From: Singulisphaera sp. GP187
GTDB lineage: Bacteria > Planctomycetota > GCA-002687715
Reading direction: 5' to 3'
Length of the DNA stretch: 64,000 bases
NCBI GenBank assembly: GCA_945907755.1
Contig: CAMDTN010000004.1
Coordinates: 20,873-84,872 of the forward strand
Part shown: in pieces, positions 55,019-64,000 of the stretch
Position numbering within the stretch: position 1 is the stretch's first letter
How the letters are laid out: every line of letters starts with the position of its first letter
Notes under the pieces: model-generated
The model's input: the letters and a program-made list of their open reading frames with translations, nothing else
What the model was told of the DNA's origin: nothing
The model's database searches: none
Translations under genes and position numbers: made by a program

Positions 55019-56260
55019 TTAGGCTGCCCCGTCGCTCTTGCCAGGCACTTGGTCGCCCTTGGCCAGCACAGCAGCACGGATCTTGGCCATCAGCGCCGGG
55101 TTCTCTTTCAGGACATCGCGGCTGCGTTCACGGCCCTGTCCCAGTTTCTCATCCCCGTAACTGAACCATGAGCCCGACTTGTCCACCACCCCGGCCGTGA
55201 CAGCCAGATCAAGGATGTCCCCAGCAGTAGAAATGCCCTCGCTGTAGATGATGTCGAATTCCACCACCCGGAACGGTGGGGCAATCTTGTTTTTGACCAC
55301 CGTCACCTTAGTGCGGTTGCCGATCACCTCTTCGCCTTCCTTGATCTTGCCGATGCGGCGGATGTCGAGGCGGCATGTTGCATAGAACTTCAGCGCGCGC
55401 CCGCCGGTGGTGGTTTCAGGGCTTCCGAACATGACGCCAATCTTCTCGCGAATCTGGTTGATGAAGATGAGGACGCAATTGGATTTGGACACAGCAGCAG
55501 TGAGCTTGCGCAGCGCTTGAGACATCAAGCGCGCTTGCAGTCCAACGTGGGAATCGCCCATCTCGCCTTCAAGCTCGGCGCGAGGAACGAGTGCCGCCAC
55601 GGAGTCCACCACGATCACATCCACTGCGTTAGAGCGCACCAGCATTTCGGTGATTTCGAGGGCCTGCTCCCCCGTGTCCGGTTGGCTGACCAGCACATTC
55701 TGGAAGTCCACGCCAAGTTTGCGCGCATACGACGGATCCAGCGCGTGCTCTGCATCGATGAAGGCGCACACGCCACCTTCGCGCTGCGCACAGGCCACCA
55801 CATGCAATGTGAGCGTTGTCTTGCCGGAAGATTCCGGCCCATAGATTTCGATGATGCGCCCGCGTGGCAGGCCCTTGCCGCCGAGTGCGAGATCCAGTGA
55901 CAGCGCACCCGTGCTGATGCCGCGAATGCCTTCCATGTGACTCTCGCCGAGTCGCATAATGGAGCCCTTGCCGAATTGCTTCTCGATCTGTTGCAAGGTC
56001 GAAGTGAGCAACTGGTTCTTGCCAGATTGCTGTTTGGCCATCGACGCTTCATGCGCGCTTGGCACAACATTTGTCGGCCCGGCCGCAGCAACCTTTGGAA
56101 CCACCCGCTCAAGCGGCTTCGCAGCCGGTTGAAGCATCGGCTGCTTCGCTGCCGTTTCCAAAATCGGCTGCTTCGCAGCCACCACTCCGCTTCGTTCAGG
56201 TCCAAGCATGTCGAGTTCTCCCCTTTTGGGCCCGGCCGCTCCGCCAGGCACCTGCGCCAT
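55019..56260 (-). CDS. recA: Recombinase RecA, possibly with a 73-aa N-terminal extension (core starts at ATG 56041)
   Basis: The core runs from [10 protein letters not shown]...[15 protein letters not shown], with P-loop [12 protein letters not shown] 56260 is preceded by AGGAG at 6-nt spacing, whereas ATG 56041 has no SD. The ORF-track start 56443 would overlap ligT and was rejected. Confidence 0.9.
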   Translation of the reverse strand: MAQVPGGAAGPKRGELDMLGPERSGVVAAKQPILETAAKQPMLQPAAKPLERVVPKVAAAGPTNVVPSAHEASMAKQQSGKNQLLTSTLQQIEKQFGKGSIMRLGESHMEGIRGISTGALSLDLALGGKGLPRGRIIEIYGPESSGKTTLTLHVVACAQREGGVCAFIDAEHALDPSYARKLGVDFQNVLVSQPDTGEQALEITEMLVRSNAVDVIVVDSVAALVPRAELEGEMGDSHVGLQARLMSQALRKLTAAVSKSNCVLIFINQIREKIGVMFGSPETTTGGRALKFYATCRLDIRRIGKIKEGEEVIGNRTKVTVVKNKIAPPFRVVEFDIIYSEGISTAGDILDLAVTAGVVDKSGSWFSYGDEKLGQGRERSRDVLKENPALMAKIRAAVLAKGDQVPGKSDGAA

Positions 56261-56321
56261 CAGGGTCTCCTGAGGCGCCCGCGATCCTATCAGGCACCAC
56301 CGACAAGTGCCATACAAATAC

Positions 56322-56894
56322 CTAACAGGCTGAGAAAGTCTGCAAGGGGGTGTAACTAACTCCCTCCCTGCCATGGAAAGACTCAAAAAGAACCACTTCG
56401 GAGCAGGTGAAATGGCCGAATTCCCGCCGGGCCGCTGGACCAATGCGCTCCCCCAGCAACTCCACCTGCAAATCCCCGCGCACCCTTCCTAAGGTGACAT
56501 GAGGTCGCCAAACCTCGCGCTCAGGCTTCCAGCCGGCCTCATCTAACGCAGCGTCCACCTTCGCGCGCAAGGCCAGCAACGCCGTCTGCGCAGCCTCTCC
56601 GTCGCCACGCACGCCGCAAACAACCACCCGCGGATGCTCGCGATCAGGGAACGCATCCAAACCCACCGCAACCAAGGGCAAACGCTTCATGCCTTGCAGC
56701 GCCTGCTTCCCCGCTTGAAGCACTTCGAGCAGATTGCGCTCATGCACTTCACCGACGAAGCGCAGAGTGATGTGCAAGTTCTCGGCTTTGGCCCACAGCA
56801 CGCGCGCCCCTGCTCGATCGAGGCGCGTCGCTTCTTCGGCGAAGCGCGCACACAATTTGCTCGGCACTCGAAAGGAGAAGAACAGCCGCGACAT
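56322..56894 (-). CDS. thpR: RNA 2',3'-cyclic phosphodiesterase (2H family, LigT/ThpR)
   Basis: Two HxT motifs (HITLRF, HVTLGR). About 190 aa, starting at MSRLFFSF. The stop-start junction with the upstream gene reads TGATG. Confidence 0.85.
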   Translation of the reverse strand: MSRLFFSFRVPSKLCARFAEEATRLDRAGARVLWAKAENLHITLRFVGEVHERNLLEVLQAGKQALQGMKRLPLVAVGLDAFPDREHPRVVVCGVRGDGEAAQTALLALRAKVDAALDEAGWKPEREVWRPHVTLGRVRGDLQVELLGERIGPAARREFGHFTCSEVVLFESFHGREGVSYTPLQTFSAC

Positions 56895-58792
56895 CAGGGC
56901 ACGACAACGTTCAGCGCATGCTGCGTCAATCCCGCTGCCGTCAACACTTCGATGCGAAACACCCATGCACCGCTGGCGAGGCCTTGCATCACTTGCAACT
57001 CCAAACTGAAACAGTTGCCGCTGCTGTGCAACTGCGGCGACAGGTAAGCGACGAGCGGCAACAAATCTGCGCCTTGGATGCCATAGGCGAGCGCGTCGGC
57101 TTCCAGCCCGAGCCACTGCAAGCTGCCGATACCAGCAGGAAGTTCGAGGGCAAACTCCAACTTCCACGCCTGCCCGGCGGCAGCGGCAACAGTGTCTGCC
57201 TGCGCAGCCACATGCACGCTGCCTGTTGGCGCATTGAATGCGAGGAGTTCGGCTCCGGCCGTTGTTAACCCTGCAGGATCGCGCACGACAGGGCGCGCTC
57301 TGTAAAACCCACCAGCCGCCAAGTTTTGAAGTTGTTCCGATTGCACCGCGCGGTGCCCGCTCGTGCCGACGAGTTGCTGCGACAGCAGCGGTGCCAAGCC
57401 CCAAGTGCCTTCCAAACGCACGGGGTCAGCCGCGCGGCCAAGGGTGTCGACACTCGCACGCAGCGTTGCACTGGTCGCGCCGTTCATAATCCACTGAACA
57501 GTGGGCACGGGAGGCGGCAGTGTGTCGATGACCAGCACCTTGCCCGGTGGCAGTGGGCAGTACAGCGGATCGCCGATGGCGATGGAGCGCCACAAAAGCG
57601 AAGGATCGGAAATGGCGGCAGATTCCGCAAAGGTCCGCCCATCTAACAGGCTGCGGATGAAGATCTCGGGAAAATGGTGCCCGTTCAGATAAGGCTCGGC
57701 GATGCAGCCGACGCCGCAAGTCAACCCACGGCGCAGTGCACTGCCACCAAAGTTGGACGGAGCCAGCGCACGCACACTCGCAAACGAGTTGCTGTTCAAG
57801 TCGCAGGCGGCGCTCCCAGGCAGCCAAGTCCATGCATCGTGATAAGTCGCAAAGTTGTACCAGCCGTAATAAAACAACGCGTCAGGAGCGGCGGCAGCAC
57901 TGACGCCATTCGCAAACAACGCTCCGGGCTGGCCGATTTCCAAATCATTCGCAGTGTTTTCCCACCACAGCGGGAAGCCTGTCATCCACTGCGTCGCGTA
58001 GGCCATGTCGCTGTCAGCGTTGCTGTAACTCGGAGCGTGAAACTGCGGCCAGTTCAGCGCGGCAAGATTGGGGTAGTTAGAAAAGCGCGTGTCCACGTAG
58101 ATGCGCCCCGCGTAGCCACCTTGTGCCGTGTGCAAATAAAGATCGCCGTAGCGCGCGCCCTCCACCAAGTCCAACGCGGCTTCCGGAGTGGGGCCGTCGA
58201 TGCGCGCCACCAAATACATGAGCTGTCCGGCGTAGAAAGTCTGGTGCAAGAAATGCGGGATGTCCGGCGCAAATCCAGGCATGGCATCGAAGAATGGGTT
58301 CGCTTGCCAGTAGGTGGCGAAGGCTGGCGTGGTCACCGTGCCCAAGGCCAACGGTGTCATCAGCGCTTGGTCCACAGAACGCACTCCGTGAGCCGCAGTC
58401 GAAACTTCATAAGGCACGCCATGGCACAACAGGATGGTTAGCACCGTGGTGTTGCCCAACGCTTGAATGCGGTTCACCAAGGGTGTGCGCAATTCGTTCC
58501 AGAACGATGCCCAAGAGCCAAAGGAAGTGCCGCTGGAAGTGAGCGCTAACGGAAGGATGTTGGAAGAAGGCACACCGCGCAGCGCTGCGTAGCGCAGTGC
58601 GACCTCCATGGAATCGCCCACGCCGTTGCCGTTGGCATCGCCCATAGACGAATTCGCGACCACGATGATGCGCGCGGGATCCAGCCAGTAAGGAGTCTGC
58701 GCGGATGCGACGGGCGCTAACAGCACCAGCGCGCACAGCCACGCCAGCGCCCCGTCAGTCCTCCAACAAACTGGCAGAAGTCTCTGGATCAT
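56894..58792 (-). CDS. Secreted protein, TIGR03790-like N-terminal region plus C-terminal beta-sandwich-like region
   Basis: Signal peptide LAWLCALVLLAPVASAQ. Blocks IIVVANSS...ALRYAALRGVP, FYYGWYNF and GCIAEPYL...IGDPLYCP match what I recall of the TIGR03790 family (unverified). Confidence 0.55.
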   Translation of the reverse strand: MIQRLLPVCWRTDGALAWLCALVLLAPVASAQTPYWLDPARIIVVANSSMGDANGNGVGDSMEVALRYAALRGVPSSNILPLALTSSGTSFGSWASFWNELRTPLVNRIQALGNTTVLTILLCHGVPYEVSTAAHGVRSVDQALMTPLALGTVTTPAFATYWQANPFFDAMPGFAPDIPHFLHQTFYAGQLMYLVARIDGPTPEAALDLVEGARYGDLYLHTAQGGYAGRIYVDTRFSNYPNLAALNWPQFHAPSYSNADSDMAYATQWMTGFPLWWENTANDLEIGQPGALFANGVSAAAAPDALFYYGWYNFATYHDAWTWLPGSAACDLNSNSFASVRALAPSNFGGSALRRGLTCGVGCIAEPYLNGHHFPEIFIRSLLDGRTFAESAAISDPSLLWRSIAIGDPLYCPLPPGKVLVIDTLPPPVPTVQWIMNGATSATLRASVDTLGRAADPVRLEGTWGLAPLLSQQLVGTSGHRAVQSEQLQNLAAGGFYRARPVVRDPAGLTTAGAELLAFNAPTGSVHVAAQADTVAAAAGQAWKLEFALELPAGIGSLQWLGLEADALAYGIQGADLLPLVAYLSPQLHSSGNCFSLELQVMQGLASGAWVFRIEVLTAAGLTQHALNVVVP

Positions 58793-59993
58793 ATTGACCC
58801 TCCGGTGCGACGATGATCCAGTCAGTGAGGCGCTCTAGCGGCTGCCAATATTCTGTGCCCGTTTCGAGGCTGGGGACATCGCGCGGTGCACTCAGCAGCT
58901 TGCCACGCACGCGCCCGGGTTTCAGTTCCAACGCTTCAAACCAGAGGTACTCACAGAACTCCGGTGCAGAAGCGCGCTCGAAGGCCAGTTTCACGCGGAA
59001 CAGCCAGCCTTCGTTGCGTTTCATGGTGAAGAGCTGCCCAAACACGCCGAAGCGGTGCTGCGAGAACTCGCGCTGCCTCTGCGTTTCCTTCGAGGATTTG
59101 TACAGCACCACATCCTCGCCCATGCGCGAGATGGCTGCACGCGGCGTGGTGTCGGCGTTCGCATCCAACAGCACCCAAGAGTTCAGCGCATGCTCACCGC
59201 GATCATCAACACCACCAGAGCAGTCCTTCGGCAGCAGCGGTAGAGCCTCGGTAGCCCCCATGATGCGCACGCTCAAATCGTCACCCAATTGCAGCAAGCC
59301 CTGTTCGGAGGGCTCAGTGCCTCCAAGCAATGCGTCAGCGGCTGCATCCAACAGATCCGTCGCTTCCGCTTGGTCGTCGGCTGGCACACACAACAGTTCC
59401 AGTTCTGGAACGCCCGCTCGGACCAACCCATGGGTGTGGATCCAATTGCCGCCGCGGCCGGGCAATGTGTGAATGGCGTACAGCGCGCTGCTGCGCGGTG
59501 GCACTGTGGCCGAGGCGATGTCGCGCACGCGCTTGCCCGAGTGCATACACAGGGCGCCGTCGTCGTACACCGCAGGCAAACCTGGCACACAGGCCGTCAC
59601 CAAGAGACGCAGCAACTGTTGATAGGACTGCGTGGGCTGCTTCCCGTCCAAGATGGTCTCGACACCCAGCAACCAGCGACACTGCTGCGCTGGTGCGCGC
59701 TCGCGTTGATCGTCGATCCAAGAGTCGATGAATTCGTTGCTGAGGTCACCGCGTTCCTCAATCCACACCATGACCGGAGCATCCATGCCTGGAACTGCAA
59801 AAGCCTTGCACCACGGAGAATCTGGCGTGGCCTCCAACTCATGCGCTTCCTTGATGCCGCTGTAGGCGGCTTCCAAGGCACTGCGCACTTCCTCTTCGTT
59901 GGGGCACTCCGGCTCGGGCCAGAGTCCTAGCAGCGCACACGGCTCGGGGCCGCTCTGCTCGTTCTCGTCACTGCTTTCGCGCTCATGGTCCAT
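58755..59993 (-). CDS. Cytoplasmic two-domain protein (DUF4026-like N-terminus, DUF2314/YegJ-like C-terminus)
   Basis: Acidic N-terminus without a signal peptide. The C-terminal EYLWFEALELKPGRVRGKLLSAPRDVP...LTDWIIV resembles DUF2314. Family names are from memory. Confidence 0.5.
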   Translation of the reverse strand: MDHERESSDENEQSGPEPCALLGLWPEPECPNEEEVRSALEAAYSGIKEAHELEATPDSPWCKAFAVPGMDAPVMVWIEERGDLSNEFIDSWIDDQRERAPAQQCRWLLGVETILDGKQPTQSYQQLLRLLVTACVPGLPAVYDDGALCMHSGKRVRDIASATVPPRSSALYAIHTLPGRGGNWIHTHGLVRAGVPELELLCVPADDQAEATDLLDAAADALLGGTEPSEQGLLQLGDDLSVRIMGATEALPLLPKDCSGGVDDRGEHALNSWVLLDANADTTPRAAISRMGEDVVLYKSSKETQRQREFSQHRFGVFGQLFTMKRNEGWLFRVKLAFERASAPEFCEYLWFEALELKPGRVRGKLLSAPRDVPSLETGTEYWQPLERLTDWIIVAPEGQYDPETSASLLED

Positions 59994-61240
59994 TACTCGT
60001 CTTCGGGCTCAGAGTCAGCCACACTACCCGGAAGCTGCTTGGCGAAAAAATAGAACAAGCGCCCTTCTTCTTGGGTGAAGCCCGCGAGGCGTTCGGCCTC
60101 TGGGCCAGTACCGATGAAGATGTCCGCGCGGCCAGCAGCTTTGATGGCGCCGCCGCGGTCTTGATCGAAGAGGAGACTGGTGGCCGGGCGGAACTCGACC
60201 CCTTGAGCCTCTACCGGCGACACCACCGGCAAGCGCGTCACTGCAAGACAAGGCGCCGCGCGGGGATAGATGTCCTTATCGGTGGCCACGCTGTGGAAGG
60301 CTGTCACCTTGCTGCCCAAGCAACCCCACGGCCCGGGTTCACACTCACGGAAGAACACGAAGCTCTTGTTCTGCCACAGCGCAGGCTGCAGCTCTTCCGG
60401 GCGCTCGGCGAAGAACTGTTTCAAACGGGTCAGCGACAGTTCGCCCTTGGTCAGTTTGTTCTGTTGCACCAACACTTGACCTACGCTGGTGTAGTCGTGC
60501 TGCGTCTTGCCGGCGTAGCCGATGCACAACTGGCGACCGTTCGGCAAGTTGATGCGCGCCGAACCCTGCACATGCACGATGTAAGACTCGAAAGCGTCTT
60601 TCAGCCAAACCAATTCCAAGCCGGCGAGTGAACGCCCCTGTTCCAGTTCTTGCCGCGAGGGATAGGGACGCAACGAGCCGTCGATTTGGCGCTGCCCGAT
60701 GCAACGGCCTTCGGCATCTTTCTCTAAGTCTGTAGGCAACACATACAGCGGATGACAGAAGACTTCGTCGCGCGTGAGACGCCCTTCGTAGATGGGCTCG
60801 CAGTAAGCGGTGTACAGCACACGCCCTGTGCGCCCTGCTCCAACCGACGCGTACACATCGAACGAGTACAAGCACCAGCCTTGGAACTCATCTGCACTGC
60901 CACACTTCTGCAACACATCCCGCAGTGTGGTCAGCGTGCGCAGCATGCGCTCGTGGGTGATCACGCTGTCATTGGCGCGGTAAGGGAAATACTTCTGCGA
61001 CGAAGGTTTGCCCAGATAGACAATGCTCTGATCCAACGCGGCGAGCGAACCTTCGCGGTCCAAAAACGCCGGGCGAAAATCCGGCAAGTCGGCTGGGTTG
61101 GTGACGCGTTCCAAGTAGGGCCAGCGACTCTCCTCGCTGAAATCCAGCGCTGCGACGGGCGCAGGTTCAGAAGCGCAGCCTCCGAGAATCAAAAGCACAC
61201 ACGCGGCGGCAAAACTACTAACTGAGACAAAGCGATGCAT
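59993..61240 (-). CDS. mltA: Membrane-bound lytic murein transglycosylase A (lipoprotein)
   Basis: Start at MHRFVSVSSFAAACVLLILGGC (lipobox LGGC). MltA-specific and 3D domains are present (DRGGAIKAAGRADIFIGTG). Confidence 0.88.
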   Translation of the reverse strand: MHRFVSVSSFAAACVLLILGGCASEPAPVAALDFSEESRWPYLERVTNPADLPDFRPAFLDREGSLAALDQSIVYLGKPSSQKYFPYRANDSVITHERMLRTLTTLRDVLQKCGSADEFQGWCLYSFDVYASVGAGRTGRVLYTAYCEPIYEGRLTRDEVFCHPLYVLPTDLEKDAEGRCIGQRQIDGSLRPYPSRQELEQGRSLAGLELVWLKDAFESYIVHVQGSARINLPNGRQLCIGYAGKTQHDYTSVGQVLVQQNKLTKGELSLTRLKQFFAERPEELQPALWQNKSFVFFRECEPGPWGCLGSKVTAFHSVATDKDIYPRAAPCLAVTRLPVVSPVEAQGVEFRPATSLLFDQDRGGAIKAAGRADIFIGTGPEAERLAGFTQEEGRLFYFFAKQLPGSVADSEPEDE

Positions 61241-61365
61241 CGTTGGACTCCCCACGGGTCCGTACCTTTGCACGGCCCCCGTCCCGTGGCGGATCCTACC
61301 ACTGAGCCCATGACACACAGCTCGCGACACAGGCCCACTCGCAGGGGCTATCCTCTTGCCACGCC

Positions 61366-63300
61366 ATGCCCGCCCGACCAGACTTTCTGCAGACTCTGAA
61401 GCAACGCCCCTTGGTGTTTGACGCTGCGATGGGCACCAGCCTTTACGAGCGGGGCTACTTCATCAACCGGCCTTTCGATGAAGCCAATTTGATCCGCGCT
61501 GAAACGGTGCGCCAAATTCATGAAACCCAGCGGGCTGCGGGCGCGGAGATCTTGGAGACCAACACCTTCTCCGCCAACCGTTTGTTGCTGGCGCGCTACG
61601 GCATCGCCGATGCGGTGCGCGACATCAACATTGCTGGCGTGCACTTGGCGCGGGCTGCTGCAGGAGATGCCGCTTGGGTCGCCGGGTCCGTCGGACCCAC
61701 AGGCGAAGGCTTGGGCGTTCTCAGCGAAGACAAGTTGCAAGAACTGCGCGCGATCTTCGAAGAACAAATCAAGATCCTTGTCGACAACAAAGTGGATTTG
61801 CTGGTGCTGGAAACATTCCACCACACCGGCGAAATGCTAGCGGCGTTGCAAGTAGCGCGTTCGCACTTCACCGGCCCCATCGTGGCCCAAATGAGTTTCG
61901 AAGAAGACGGCCACCTACGCGATGGCACAGCGCCCGATCGCGTGGCACATATCTTGGCTCACGCAGGGGCCGATGTGGTTGGCGTCAATTGCTGCGACGG
62001 GCCTGCCTTGGTGCACGAAATCGCCACCAGCATGTTGAGTGCCGGCGTGCCCGTGAGCGCGCAACCCAACGCAGGCCGCCCGCGCCGTTTGGATCAACGC
62101 ACTCTGTACATGGCCACGCCTGAATACTTTGGCGTTTATGCGCGCCGCTTGTTCAAGGCAGGCGTGCGGCTGGTGGGTGGTTGTTGCGGCACACGCCCTG
62201 AACATGTTGCAGCCATCGCAGCGGCCGCACGCATGATCGGAGCCGCCGACGCTTCGTCTGCGCCAGGCCCTGGCGCAACGCTGGATCGCATCCCAGCGCA
62301 GGTGAAGCAAGTGACGGCGATGCCAGAAGTCGCCTTGGCTGAGCGCTCGCGCTTCGCTGCCAAAATCGAAACTATCTTCGAGCACCGCTTAGCCCGCGGC
62401 GAGCGCACTCAGGCCCCAAAGGGTCGCGAAGACTTTGCGGTGAGTGTGGAATTGAATCCGCCCGCAGGCTTGAACCCAGCGAAAGCGCTGGCCGTAGGCA
62501 AAGGACTGGTGGCCGCTGGTGTCGATGTGATCAATGTTCCTGATGGCCCCCGCGCCGCAGTGCGCATGAGCAATGTCGCATTCGCACATTTGCTGGAACG
62601 CGAAAACGGCCACGAAACCATCGTGCATGTGTGTTGCCGCGATCGCAATCTCGTGGGCTTGCAGTCGGACATCCTCGGCGCGCATGTCTTAGGCCTGCGC
62701 AATTTGGTGGTCATCACGGGCGACCCGCCGAAGCTCGGCGACTACCCCAAGGCCACCGCAGTGTTCGATCTCGATTCCGTCGAGTTGCTGAAACTGGTGC
62801 GCAGCTTGAACCAAGGCATTGACCCCGCTGGCAAACTCGTTGGCGAGCAAACGCGGTTCTTTCTTGGCAGTGGAGTCGAGCCCGCCGCCGTGGATTACGA
62901 CCGCGAGATGCGCCGCCTAGAACAAAAAGTTGCCGCGGGTGCGCAAGTGATCATGACGCAACCGGTGTATGACCGCGCTACGGTGCAGCGTTTCCTCAAG
63001 GACACGCGCTCGCTGCGCGTTCCAATTCTGTTGGGACTGTGCCCGCTGGTGTCCGCGCGCAACGCAGACTTTTTACACAACGAAGTGCCCGGCATGAGTG
63101 TGCCCGATGCGATCCGTGCGCGCATGCAAGCCGCTGGCGGTGGCCCCTCTGGGCAACAAGAAGGCGTGCGCATCGCGCGCGAGATGCTTGACGAGTTCGC
63201 CTCCTCCATTGTGGGTTGCTACATCATTCCGCAACTGGGGCGGACCAACGCCGCGCTCGAAGTGCTGTCCGGTCTTGGTTACGGCCAGCCCACGGCATGA
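61366..63300 (+). CDS. Bifunctional homocysteine S-methyltransferase / 5,10-methylenetetrahydrofolate reductase (YitJ-like fusion)
   Basis: The N-terminal Hcy-binding domain has Zn-ligand cysteines (VGVNCC, GGCCGT). The C-terminal MTHFR domain follows. 644 aa. Confidence 0.88.
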   Translation: MPARPDFLQTLKQRPLVFDAAMGTSLYERGYFINRPFDEANLIRAETVRQIHETQRAAGAEILETNTFSANRLLLARYGIADAVRDINIAGVHLARAAAGDAAWVAGSVGPTGEGLGVLSEDKLQELRAIFEEQIKILVDNKVDLLVLETFHHTGEMLAALQVARSHFTGPIVAQMSFEEDGHLRDGTAPDRVAHILAHAGADVVGVNCCDGPALVHEIATSMLSAGVPVSAQPNAGRPRRLDQRTLYMATPEYFGVYARRLFKAGVRLVGGCCGTRPEHVAAIAAAARMIGAADASSAPGPGATLDRIPAQVKQVTAMPEVALAERSRFAAKIETIFEHRLARGERTQAPKGREDFAVSVELNPPAGLNPAKALAVGKGLVAAGVDVINVPDGPRAAVRMSNVAFAHLLERENGHETIVHVCCRDRNLVGLQSDILGAHVLGLRNLVVITGDPPKLGDYPKATAVFDLDSVELLKLVRSLNQGIDPAGKLVGEQTRFFLGSGVEPAAVDYDREMRRLEQKVAAGAQVIMTQPVYDRATVQRFLKDTRSLRVPILLGLCPLVSARNADFLHNEVPGMSVPDAIRARMQAAGGGPSGQQEGVRIAREMLDEFASSIVGCYIIPQLGRTNAALEVLSGLGYGQPTA

Positions 63301-64000
63301 AACCTGTCGTCTTGTTGGATGTGGTGGGGCTGACGCCTGCGCTGGTCGGTTCGGAAACACCGCACCTGCAAGCTCTGGCCGCGCGTGGTTGCATGGCACC
63401 ACTGCAAGCGGCATTCCCCGCTGTCACGCTGAGCGGGCAAGCTTCACTGAGCACGGGCCTGCCGCCTTCGGCCCACGGCATCGTGGGCAACGGTTGGTAC
63501 CACCGCGAATTGGAAGAAGTGCACTTCTGGAAGCAGCCGCACCGTTTGCTGCAGGCGCCGACACTCGCGGAAAGACTGCGCCAGCGCGCACCAGACTTGC
63601 GTTCGGCACATCTCTTCTGGTGGTTTGCGATGCAGGCCCCCGCAGACATCAGCGTGACACCACGGCCGATGTATCCCGCCGATGGCCGCAAGATCCCAGA
63701 CATTCACACCTCGCCGGCGGCGTTGCGCAGCAGCTTGCAGCAACGCTTCGGCACATTTCCCCTCTTCCATTTCTGGGGCCCCGCCGCGGGCATCCAAAGC
63801 ACACAGTGGATTACGCAAGCGTCGTGCGCACTCATTCGTGAGCAACGCCCCCATCTGACGCAGGTGTACCTGCCGCATTTGGACTACGACTTCCAGCGTT
63901 ATGCCGCCGACGATGCACGCTGCGCAGCGGCGCTCTGTGAAGTAGACAGCGCAGTGGGCCAATTGGTTGCTGCGGCGCAAGCCATCGAAGCGCGCGTCAT
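63297..64000 (+). CDS. Alkaline-phosphatase-superfamily protein (nucleotide pyrophosphatase/phosphodiesterase type), 5' part; runs off the window
   Basis: This open frame is absent from the ORF track because it has no stop in the window. ATGA overlap with the upstream stop. Translation begins MKPVVLLDVVGLTP...FPAVTLSGQASLSTGLPPSAHGIVGNGWY, which matches the metal/nucleophile-Thr region of PF01663-type enzymes. Confidence 0.7.
   Translation, partial: MKPVVLLDVVGLTPALVGSETPHLQALAARGCMAPLQAAFPAVTLSGQASLSTGLPPSAHGIVGNGWYHRELEEVHFWKQPHRLLQAPTLAERLRQRAPDLRSAHLFWWFAMQAPADISVTPRPMYPADGRKIPDIHTSPAALRSSLQQRFGTFPLFHFWGPAAGIQSTQWITQASCALIREQRPHLTQVYLPHLDYDFQRYAADDARCAAALCEVDSAVGQLVAAAQAIEARV

Noticed and set aside
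61252-61289. Nested hairpin (CCACGGG...CCCGTGG with inner CCGT/ACGG) in the mltA / MTHFR-fusion divergent region. I considered it as a SAM (S-box) or SAH riboswitch. I also looked for a TPP riboswitch near thiE/thiL.
   Set aside because: I could not find the conserved cores of S-box, SAM-II, SAH or TPP elements. The region is only 125 bp, and thiE/thiL are internal to an operon. It may be a simple leader structure.
63098-63841. ORF-track ORF of 247 aa spanning the end of the MTHFR fusion gene.
   Set aside because: It overlaps a well-supported CDS. It is out of frame with the open-ended frame starting at 63297, which shows alkaline-phosphatase-superfamily motifs.

Overview
GC-rich (about 60-65% by eye) chromosomal segment from a diderm bacterium: lpxH, mltA, ddl and rseP are all present. 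The abundance of exported HEAT/TPR proteins, a GldG/DUF4340-type ABC operon and a TIGR03790-like protein suggest a PVC/Planctomycetota-like lineage. This is a guess and was not verified. Genes are tightly packed, and many neighbours share ATGA/GTGA/TGATG stop-start overlaps. I annotate about 55 CDS.

Housekeeping blocks:
- dnaK (3' part), cmk-rpsA, tyrS-pyrC and nadE-ino1.
- dxr-rseP followed by a short UbiA-like gene.
- tsaE-thiL-thiE-ddl.
- The classical rpmF-plsX-fabHDG-acpP-fabF cluster.
- thpR/ligT-recA, mltA and a homocysteine-methyltransferase/MTHFR fusion.

I found no rRNA, tRNA, CRISPR array, transposase, integrase, phage gene or recognisable defence gene.

The most interesting signal is regulatory. 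Two almost identical near-consensus sigma-54 (-24/-12) promoters are present: TGGTACGGGACTTGCT at 27104 (+) and TGGCACGGGGTTTGCT at 44758 (-). Each sits directly upstream of an operon of uncharacterised exported alpha-solenoid (HEAT-like) proteins. An orphan NtrC-type sigma-54 activator lies in the same window, embedded in an envelope-glycolipid-type operon. I propose an undescribed enhancer-dependent envelope HEAT-protein module.

Secondary oddities:
- A pseudokinase/pseudo-receiver plus GGDEF pair.
- An active/dead GT2 glycosyltransferase pair followed by a FemAB-like gene.
- A possible N-terminally extended RecA.
- An mltA-DUF-DUF-ligT-recA string of overlapping genes.
- An apparent pseudo-esterase next to a membrane-fused spermidine-synthase-like gene.

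All family names come from motif reading and memory. No database search was run.
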